Assembly: GCF_001194135.2 (NCBI RefSeq)
Contig: NC_068993.1
Location: forward strand, 1,998,537 to 2,062,536
Source of the DNA: Octopus bimaculoides
Taxonomy: Eukaryota
Direction of reading: 5' to 3'
DNA: 64,000 bases
Positions 54,176-64,000 of this stretch are shown here, piece by piece. Under the pieces are notes generated by a model. The model was not told the DNA's origin, ran no database searches, and saw only the letters and a list, made by a program, of their open reading frames with translations. Position 1 is the first letter of the stretch. Each line of letters starts with the position of its first letter. The translations under genes and the position numbers were made by a program.

Positions 54176-54753
54176 ATTATTTATACAATATTTTCTGCAT
54201 TTATTCGAAAAATATTTTCTAAATTTCAAACAAGATTGCATATAGGCTGTCGTTCTCTGTTCAGTGGTGGACGAAGCCGAAAAGATTGAGGAAGAACACC
54301 CTCCTCTTCAATCAAAGCCTCACAGACATTTAAGTTCCACTTGGAAAAGAAAGTGAAGGTGAAGTGCGAAGTGCTATGTCTCTCTTTCGCCCAGTGAATT
54401 TGTCAAAAGTTGGGTGATGTAGCATGAAAGTTTTAGGTGAATGGACCTGTTCTGAGCATGCGCTTTTCGATTGGAGAACAACTTTTGGGTGAGTACTCGT
54501 GCTTTGATGGTTAGGGTAATCCTGAATCTTTGGGGTTCTTTGAATGGCGCTACTTAGACTTCGTTCTGTATCAGGAGGACGGCAGCATTTGATATCTCCA
54601 CATGCTTTATATACTATGCATAGTCACTCTTTTGACGCGTTACCGTCTTTCCCGTTTCTTCTTCGTACAACTTTTATGTAAACCCCAACACAAATTATTG
54701 ACTGTCCTTGTGATGCCAACCAGCATCATCCCACCCCCTGTGGCAAATGAAAC

Positions 54754-54757
<4 letters not shown>

Positions 54758-54805
<48 letters not shown>

Positions 54806-54901
54806 TATCATCATCATCATCAACATCATCATCACTAAATCTACCAGCATCACCGACACCAGCACCAGAAGCAACAGCACCACCACAATCAGCAGCAGCA
54901 G

Positions 54902-54951
<50 letters not shown>

Positions 54952-54985
54952 TCACTGCCTCTGCTGCTGCCGCTGCAGCTATAAT
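54758..54985. repeat. Compound (CAT)/(CAG)/(CTA)/(GCT)n region
   Basis: Seen directly. Confidence 0.95.
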
Positions 54986-55439
54986 TATTATCCAACTATG
55001 TCTTTATACATGCGTTACGAAATCTAATTTATATGGCAAGCCAAGTGACAAAAAAATAACAACAACAACAACCAAATAATGGTATAAGTGTCTGACAAAT
55101 AGATTCGCTGTTTTGGAAAATGGGTCAATAAAGAAAAGATGGGATTCCTTTTCTGACGTTGAACAATCTAAATAAACCCCTGCAATATATAACATGACTA
55201 TATATATATATATATATATATATAACAGATCCATACATAGTACAATTATATATGTATGTATATATGTATGTATATATATGTATATATATATATATGCATA
55301 TATATATATAAACATATATATATATATATATATACATATATATATTTATATGTTATATATGTGCGTATATGTGTATATATACATGTATACATATATATGC
55401 ATATGCATAAATACAAACATAAATGCGTATGCATGTGTG

Positions 55440-55470
<31 letters not shown>

Positions 55471-55604
55471 GTGCGCGCATATGTATTTATATGCCTTAAA
55501 TGCATGCATCATTCTTTTCCTACCGAATTCTCCCAATGGCATTAAGCTTTACTCTGAAATATTGCCTTCCAATTTGAAATACGCCATGCGCATCATTGAC
55601 TCAC

Positions 55605-55678
55605 ATAATACATTGTCGAACCTTCCCCAGGCTTCTTTCTCAACTTGCCTGATAAACGCGCCATCTATCAAGCAATAT
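55605..55678 (-). CDS. Candidate exon of an unidentified minus-strand gene: YCLIDGAFIRQVEKEAWGRFDNVL (phase 2-1)
   Basis: Near-consensus branch point and acceptor ctaactttgtttcag| and donor |gtgagt; only one frame is open; no family recognised. Confidence 0.4.
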
Positions 55679-55824
55679 CTGAAACAAAGTTAGATTCTGC
55701 ATTCTGACTTTCTAAAATATGTTATCCCACAGCTATTATGGTTTATTACCAAACAGTCCACTTAATAATTATCGCTTGAAATAGTGTGCCAAATGCTATT
55801 ACAAATGTAATGAGATTATTATGA

Positions 55825-55985
55825 TTTTGGCACAAGGCCAGCACTTTCGGGGTAAGTCTGTTACATCGGCCTCAGTACTTATCTGGTATTTATTTTATTC
55901 GAGCCCGAAAGGATGAATGTCAAAGTCGACCTCAACGACGGAAATTGAACAGAGATCGTAAATATGGACGAAATGCGGCTAAGAG
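55825..55985 (-). mobile_element. SINE family 2 copy
   Basis: ggcacaaggccagcactttcgggg...cgaaaggatgaatgtcaaagtcgacctc...ggacgaaatgcggctaag. Confidence 0.8.
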
Positions 55986-55998
55986 AAGGAAATAGTAA

Positions 55999-56058
55999 AG
56001 AGGAATTTTCCAAGGGGACAACCTATCTGCCCTTCTATTTATCATCAGCATGATATCT
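55999..56058 (+). mobile_element. Reverse-transcriptase motif fragment of an R2/R4-type non-LTR retrotransposon
   Basis: RGIFQGDNLSALLFIISMIS matches the RGIFQGDSLSPLLF motif. Confidence 0.7.
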
Positions 56059-56115
56059 GGAACAAGTAAAGATGTGCGTAGGGTACACTCTAGGCAATGT
56101 GAAAATAACATGTTG

Positions 56116-56159
<44 letters not shown>

Positions 56160-56734
56160 AATAAATTGAACCTCTGTAAATTACGTACTTTTTAACAAAT
56201 ATTTTGTCTCCGTTGTAATGATTCGTGTAACGCCTATAACTACAATAACCAGAACGAAGTAGTTCTCTTGCCTTGTATTATTATTGGATTGACATTTCAG
56301 GTGATTTACCTGATAAGAAATTTGTCCAGCACTTGGTGGTACTTTATCGATCTTCAGAAGTGTGGATCGCAAAGACGACTTTGAGGAGATTAGAACTCAG
56401 AAGATAAGTTACTGTCCTGAAATACGGCCATACTTGTCGGTTTATTTGTTGTTTTTTTTTTGTTGATCGGGAAGACTAGACTTGTTTGTGTCTTTAAGGG
56501 TATCTGCCATTCGATGTATCTGTCCCTTTACAAGTAATAGGTGTAATTTGAAGGAGATTTGGCTGTTATGCGTTGTTGCTCAAGCGACCATAAATTATCA
56601 TGATTGACGGTGTTGTAGTTTTTCTAATAATTGTATCGAATTTAGGGCACATTAGTCACAATGTTTAAGGAAATTTGAAATTACACGAGCAAAATTACAT
56701 GCTACTTTATTTCATCGCATCTAGAGGAATGAAA

Positions 56735-56955
56735 TGCAAAGTTAGCCCTCGACGTGATTGAACTCAGAACATAAAGTGTCGGAAGAAATGACGCCAGGGA
56801 CTTCACCAGACGCTCGAACGATTTTGCCAATCCATCGACTTCTTTAATAAGTTCTCTTGTATAGGCACAAGAAGCAAAAGTTTTGGCGGGCAGGAAAGTA
56901 GTTGATTACATCGACCCAAGTGCTCAGTTGATACTTATTTTATCGACCCCAAGCA
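56735..56955 (-). mobile_element. Two adjacent SINE family 2 pieces
   Basis: gaaatgcaaagttagccctcgacgtgatttgaactcagaac... and ggcacaag...gattacatcgacccaagtgctcagttgatacttattttatcgacccc. Confidence 0.7.
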
Positions 56956-57463
56956 GACTTCATTAATAATACAAAACAAAATGTCTCTAGTTAGATGTTG
57001 ATTCACTAACTAGTTTCGATTACCGACTGAAATTAATATTTTCACTTAAAAAAAAAATTCCACATGTTTAATAGAAGTAGAAAGGCATGCACATCATATA
57101 AACAGTTTTTTTTCTCTAAAAGTCAGGCTGCTTTAGCAAAACACTAATAAACCAGTTATTTTAGAAAAATTAAAGATGCTAATTTTCGTCAACTTTTGAA
57201 CAGCAAATATGTTTCATTAATTCCACTGCTAATTAAAATAATCATTAGTGATCACTTGTCATTGAGTAGGACTAAATTTAATGAAACTTTCATTACTTTT
57301 ATGTTGTTTTATCACTCTCACTTTTTCCTATTCCCATATTTCTGTCCAAAATCTTTTAGATCCAGATTATTTTTATGGTTTGCACAGAATTTATCCTTTG
57401 CTTTGCACAACTCATAAAAATGTTAGACATTTCCGTTTTTATTATTGCTGTTATTACTATAGC

Positions 57464-57513
<50 letters not shown>

Positions 57514-59556
57514 GAATTGTTAGTATTTACTTGTGTATATATGTGTCTTCTGTTTGTTTTGTCTTGTTTTATTTCTAGTATGACCCCTGCCCAGTTGCAG
57601 ATGAATAATTGGAATGGTGGGTGGCAGTTAAAATTTCCTCGCTAAAGCATTGGTTAGCAGCAGGAAATTTAGGTTAAAATGATTGATACAGAAAAGGTGT
57701 CAAAGAGTAAAAGAGTTTTGATCTCCAGAATTTTGTTGCAGGAAGTTGTTAGTAAAGATAAAAAAAAGTACTATCTCATAAAAAATCAACAAAAATAAAA
57801 ACAAGTTTTCGAAAAATGTTGTTGCAATGACAAGGCAAACAAATAAATGGGAACTAAATTCTATGGTAGTAGTAGTAGTAGTAGTAGTTGTAGCCATGAA
57901 GAGAAAGATGTGGAGAGGGAAAAATAGGCAGAAAAGATGAAAATTCTAATTCTCATTTCTTCTATTTATTTCCTCTTAAATTTATTATTTTCTGTAAATG
58001 GTCAGATTGGAAGAAAAAAAAAGGCCAAAGTTTGTTTAGTGAAAGGAATTAAAATCATGCATGACCTAGACTACGTAAAAGAAAACTCTACAGAAAATTA
58101 TCAAAGAAAAAATCCAGTAAATAAAAAAAAAAAGGAAATAACAACACCAATATATATTGATCATAGATTTCGTTATGGCAGGGTTGGTAGTTAAAGAAAT
58201 TAATGAATGGTCATTTGGATTTTGATTTGAATGGATGTAGAAAGAAGAGTTTCTAAACAGACTGCAGCCGAGTGCTAAAACATGGTCTTTTTCAAAGATT
58301 AATGGGTCGTGTTAATGAAATATCTTTCATGCAGTTTTATTGTCATTTCCAACTGTTAAACTTCTAGTCAGGTTTTAAGTGTTTTACCTTCTAGCCAAAA
58401 CAGATGTGTAATTTATTGATGGAGTGTTCGATTTTTTACCACTTGTTGCTTTAAAAGTATGTGGTTTTCATTTATAAACACCATCGCTCCATCGCAGTCA
58501 ACCAATTTTAGTAAACGCTCTTTTTCACTTTGTAAATCAAATATTCTTCATGCTGTGCGAACCACCAGAATATGACTCCGTTCTTCGCCACATTATTTAA
58601 TAATAGCATTGGTAATGGATACTCGCGGAAGAAGTTATTTCCAGAATTATTAAGCTTTTAAAGGGATTAGTCTCACCATCACTTTTACACCATCTTTCAC
58701 ATAATATATAGTCACTGATTGTCACTTAGTGTGTCAAGTCACTCGTTAATTTAACCTTTAATGCCAGTCTCTGATAAACATTTGTAATGTCTATTGTCAC
58801 ACTTTTAAAGGAAACGATTCACTTTTTTAGCGAAGTTGATCCTGCGTTTTGAATAAAATGAATGGAACTTACCTTTGAAAAGATAATTACCGAAAGTGGA
58901 AAACGTCAAAAACCATTTTATTTGTCAATACGAAACCTCTCCATACACTACTCTGTGAGAGGGGTTACGTAGTTTCAACGATTAATCGGCTAAAAATAAC
59001 AGCTAAGTCTCTCTGGTACCTTAGTCCAACCGGCATTAAAAATAATATATAGGACCCATTGTAAATTTTAATCTTAAGCTGTTTCAATTAAAACGGAATG
59101 ACTAGGGCTAGAGCGCTTGTTTCTCACTGCTAACCTGTGCTTAAATAACGACATAACAAGCACAGCTGAATACATATTCACACGCGGATAGGTGAGAACT
59201 ACTCGACAGTTATGTTCCAGTCACTTTGTATGTTACTCAGCATGTCATTTACGCTAACGTGTCCATGAAGTTCACCAGCAGCTACTGTATCATTATAATT
59301 CTCCTGTGCACAATATATATCAGGTATTCTCCCCACAAAGCAGTAAATAGACAGTCAACAGCCAATCACCGAACCACGCTAAAGTAACAAGCCCGTTAAA
59401 CTTGTCTACTACCATCAACTTAAGGAATCGGACACCATCGCTATTCTTACAAACTTACATCCTCACTGAAATTTAGCATATTTGAATGAATGACGTTCGT
59501 ATCTCTCTGTAATCTCATTTAATGCGTTTTAATAGGCTAGGCTGATCAATGCCTTG

Positions 59557-59601
<45 letters not shown>

Positions 59602-59611
59602 NNNNNNNNNN

Positions 59612-59644
<33 letters not shown>

Positions 59645-59669
59645 GGCAGCCCATCACACACACACACAC

Positions 59670-59860
59670 GTTTGTGTTTGGCTCCCTATCGCATCACATC
59701 CGGTATTAGTTTGTTTACATACCCGTTACTTCGGGGGTTCAGCTCAGTAAGCACAGAGAATATGTACCAAACTTAAATTAAGTAACGGGGTCAATTGGTT
59801 CGACTGAAACTTCAAAGTATTGACTCAGCATGGCCACAGTTCAATGACCAGAACAATTAA
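59670..59860 (+). mobile_element. SINE family 1, 3' half
   Basis: ...gtttgtttacatacccgttactt...ggggtcaattggttcgact...cagcatggccacagttcaatgac after a (TA)n tract. Confidence 0.7.
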
Positions 59861-60318
59861 AAGGCCGAAAGATAAGCTCTCTAGTTATATAAATCACTGC
59901 AACAAATCTAGAATCAGATTTGAAACCACTGCGTAGAGGAAAAGTGTGTAACATTTTAACTACTCAGCCACTGCGGTTTCCTTTTATTTGACGACTAAAA
60001 ACCAGATATATGTAATTGATAAATCATTTCCTACCTGCAATGTAAATATCAACACATTAACAAGAGAGATACTAACACCGCATTGTGTTCCTAATGCTTA
60101 AACACATCCTCTAGCAAACGACATGAGCAAACATAAAGATTAATATCTTTTGCGAATATTCTCTGCAAATTTTTGCGAACAACCAAAGTTGAATGGCAAA
60201 AACAACATTAATGCTTTATTTGGCGTTTGTAAATTCTTGAAATTAGATGTGAAAAATGCAATCACAACAACAACAACTGTATCAATTTCAACAACAAATA
60301 TAATAGGATTAAAATAGT

Positions 60319-60319
60319 G

Positions 60320-60375
<56 letters not shown>

Positions 60376-60415
60376 CATTATTATTATTATTATTGTTGTT
60401 GTTATTATTATTAAC
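60319..60415. repeat. (TAT)n microsatellite
   Basis: Seen directly. Confidence 0.97.
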
Positions 60416-60506
60416 AATAAGAACAACAATATTGAGGAGAAGAATAAAAATAATAGTAATAATAACAAGACAGCCTAAGATAATGTAAATTACATGCATA
60501 TGTATT

Positions 60507-60539
<33 letters not shown>

Positions 60540-62037
60540 TTGTGTGCGTATAAAACATGGTAATACCTGCAACAATAACAATAATATATGCAATAACGGT
60601 AATATAAACAACAAAATGTGATATTAACAATAATAAGTTGGCCGTATGAATTGTAATATTGTCAAGAATGAGAAGAATGGCTGTATGCTGAATAAAGTAG
60701 CGATTATTGCCTTTGATGCAACATCTTTAGTTCTGTGAAGTCTAATTCCAGCCATTATTGCAACAAAACATTAACCCATTATTCTATATCAGTATTGCTA
60801 TTCATTCTGTTTTCGCTGTTCCAAGAAAATAAAACTCAACAAAATATAATATAAAGAGATATTTAAATTTTAAAGGCTTTTTTTTTTAATTTGCTGTTAC
60901 AGTTGAATTCTTTACTTGAAGATTCGGTAGCTGATACAAAATATTATATTCAAGTGTTATCATTAAAATATCAACTAATTCTTCTCCAAGAATTAATGGA
61001 ATCTTCGCATGTTCTTCAAGACTATTTCGTTTTTCGCTTTATTGGTTTTGCTTTACTTTCCTATTGTGCATTGATTTATTTGGAATTGGCAGCGGGCCTT
61101 ATATCTATACCTTTTCCCAAAGGAATTACTGGAATTCAAATCAAATTACACAGGTTTTTTTTTTTACATGATACAGAGATCCACGTGATTTATATTCCTG
61201 TAATATCAAGAAAAGAAATGACCAAATACTATATTCCAAGATTCTAGTCGACCACTTTCATTTAATATTAGCAACATTTATGGTTATGTAAGTTAAGCAG
61301 TTAACGTCTTACAAAGTTGATTCCTGGACGTAGTATTCCACTACGCACAACTTTAAGAGTACATGTTGTACAACACCCTTGGTTTGGTAGTAAAATTCCA
61401 TAGTCAGAATCTGGAAGGAAGGCCAGAGAACTAAGTTTTCTTGTTGCTTAGTTAACTTGATGCAACAATCGTTTTAATTCTACCATTTAACTTTTTCAGA
61501 AATTTAGTGAGCTTTACTCCATTGCAAGCATTCAGTCAATGTTTCTGGTCTAACCATGATTGCCTTCCCCGCCTACTTCTTCTATTGCGTGCCGAGACAC
61601 CATAAGAATATTCATCGACACTTCTCTTCCTCCTCTGAAATATAAAACAAACACGCTGCAGTGTATCAATAATTAAAATGGTTCACATTTGCCCAATTTC
61701 GTAGATTTATCCACACCGGTATGTCGAACAGTAAAACTGATCTTGCCAACAATTGATCAGAGAATGTGAATAACAGGAAGGATTGTCTCGATATGCATTA
61801 TATGTTGCTTCGTTAAGAAGATGTAAAGTAGGAGATATAATCGTGGGTGTCGTTGTTGTTTAGGCCCATCTCATTCCTGTTCGAGGAAACCCTGTAGTCA
61901 AAAGCTTTCCATCATTGACCATCCTGTGTTTCGAGTGATATGTGTAGGACTACATAATTCAATAGGTACATTCTCTAGTAAATGAAGGTCCCATTTAAGA
62001 ATACCTAGCTGCTATTTCTTGCTATTTAAATGTCCAG

Positions 62038-62237
62038 ACTGTAGTACTAACTATATCACCAGGGTGATAAAGTCGTTCACTGCCGCTTGCAAAGAAGGAG
62101 AGCGGAATATCACATCATACGCGTCCTATGTGGAAAAAATGTCTTTTCACCCCAGTTTCCAACATACTCAGTTCCTCGTCTGCCGCGTACCTCTGTCAAA
62201 CATTACAGGAAAGAGCCTGGTCAGAAAAAATAGCTAA
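62038..62237 (+). CDS. Weak candidate exon (D)CSTNYITRVIKSF...LVCRVPLSNITGKSLVRKNS*
   Basis: Acceptor ttcttgctatttaaatgtccag|; locally GC-richer than flanks. Joined to 53191 it creates CEGDC. No terminal CxC is present. Confidence 0.2.
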
Positions 62238-62877
62238 TTCTAAAGTTGTGACTAACAATTTTTTTACAGACACTCATTTTCTATCTGTGGGGCTCAGGTG
62301 AGACATTATTCAACAGAGAATGCAAAATTTTGTTTATTTCAATAAAATTAGAAAAGAAATAAGAGAAACGAACTATATTTTGGAAACTTTCATTATATCT
62401 CAAATAGCTTGTTCTCCTAGAAACAGAACAGAAAAAAAGAAACCAGTATTATCATTATTTAAATCACCGAAATAATTTGTTTTATTCGTGTTATTTTATT
62501 TCTATTGAAATATTGATATCTTGTCTACAACCTGAAAAATGGCTTAAAATAATCAATATTATCGTTGTTTTACTATATTGTTGTAGTTGTTGTTATTGTA
62601 ATCTAACTTGGTTCTCTCTATTTTCTTGACCTCCGTGAACTTCTTTATCAGGTAAATAAGTACTAAATATTTATAGGCACTATCATAGCTATTTTGTATT
62701 CTGTTTTAGTAATTGTAAAGCGCCTACGTCTGAATGTAGGCACAAGGGCTATTTCGGTAAAAAAAAAAATATCGCTGATTTAATGGTCTCTACGAAATTA
62801 AAGGGAATTTACTAATCCAACTGACTGACTGACTAACTAGCTACCAAACTGTATGCATCGAGAACTAAGCATGTACA

Positions 62878-62921
<44 letters not shown>

Positions 62922-64000
62922 TATATATGTATGTATGTATGTATGCATGTATGTATGTATGTATGTATCTATATATACAGATATATAAATATAAATATAC
63001 AAGAATATATATGTCTGTGTATATGCATGTATGTATATACCTCATATGCATACTTATATGAAGCATATGATGAAAGTTAAGAATTTGCTATCATTGTTCT
63101 CATAAATTAAACCGACATGCAACACTATTGCGAATAGTTAAACATAGTTGCAGTAAGACGCGGGAAGATACGATGAAGAAGCAACGTTGTTATAAACATT
63201 TGTGTAAGCTCCAAATATAGATCGTAAAATATTGTAATCAAACAAATGTAACGATAGGCAGACGGCTAAGTGAATTTTATATTTTAATAAAACCTATTCT
63301 CTCTTGGCATGGTTTGTGATGTCCACAAAAAGACACATTGAAGAAAATATACTTATATGAATCAGTTCTTGTTCTGTTTTCGTTTTTATTTCTTTACAAA
63401 CATAAATGTGATATTTACTTCTAATTCAGAATTCATCTAAGATTTATATCTAGCTCATAATTTTTCAAGACGATTTTCTTTTTATTTTGGTGCTTAATCT
63501 GCTACGTTTTAATATATGCAGAAGAAGGTGTGGCTTCGGTGACTAGTTGAAGCAGAATCTGGTGAAGTCGAATATATATATATACATGTTTGTGCGTGTG
63601 TGTGTTTCTTATGTTATCATATATATATATATTAATATTCTATAATGATTTATTCTGAGTAATGTATGCGTCAACATGTGCACACACTATGGCACATATG
63701 CACAAGCACGCATATACAGAAATACAGATATGTTATCGGTTATCTAAACATACGGCTGTATAAATCATTCTTCCATTGCTTTCTTTTCCACCCCTCTCCC
63801 ACTTTCGAGTATATGTGTTAGTACGTGTGCACGCACGCGTGCTTTTCTGTGTGTGCGCGTGGAAGTACGCGTGTATTTCAAGGAAAATTCATTTAAATTT
63901 AACCGTTGTGTTTCATTCATATGTTTATGTATGTACGTATGTAAGTATGTATCAATGTATGTATGTATGTATATATATATATATATAAATATATATATAT

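Noticed and set aside
56301-56405. Exon-like frame DLPDKKFVQHLVVLYRSSE after a strong acceptor
   Set aside because: The sequence aligns to the decayed SINE family 2 core (ggtactttatcga...gcaaag...gaactcagaa).
57937-58194. 85-aa ORF with a signal-peptide-like start
   Set aside because: The hydrophobic start comes from T-rich sequence and the rest from A-runs (poly-Lys); no motif or splice support.
60891-61247. 118-aa non-repetitive ORF
   Set aside because: Composition is dominated by AT-rich codons (L/I/F/Y/K) and there is no recognisable motif; compatible with chance.

Overview
AT-rich, microsatellite-dense animal genomic DNA from a gapped draft assembly (11 N-runs, most flanked by (TA)n). 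The repeat families and simple-repeat density look like an Octopus/coleoid cephalopod genome; this is inferred from recognition, not from a search. No intact long ORF, rRNA, CRISPR array or prokaryotic system is visible, and nearly all listed ORFs are simple-repeat or gap artefacts. Well-supported content is decayed mobile DNA: at least three tRNA-derived SINE families, three fragments of an R4/Dong-like restriction-endonuclease non-LTR retrotransposon, two RTE-clade LINE 3' ends, a Tc1/mariner transposase fragment, two remnants of a probable Chapaev3-type transposase, a Helentron/HINE-like element and a tRNA-Gln pseudogene. There are also two minisatellites and two fold-back structures. The most interesting but unproven signal is a series of short + strand segments bounded by canonical splice sites (5979-6044, 20631-20663, 32938-33027, 41736-41836, plus weaker candidates). 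Their translations resemble, in the correct order, successive motifs of a TGF-beta/BMP prodomain, so the window may be the intron-dominated body of a divergent TGF-beta-family gene. I matched these by eye, the reading phases do not all join, and decoy motifs exist nearby, so this needs an HMM or RNA-seq test. A strong exon candidate on the - strand (55605-55678) may belong to a second gene.
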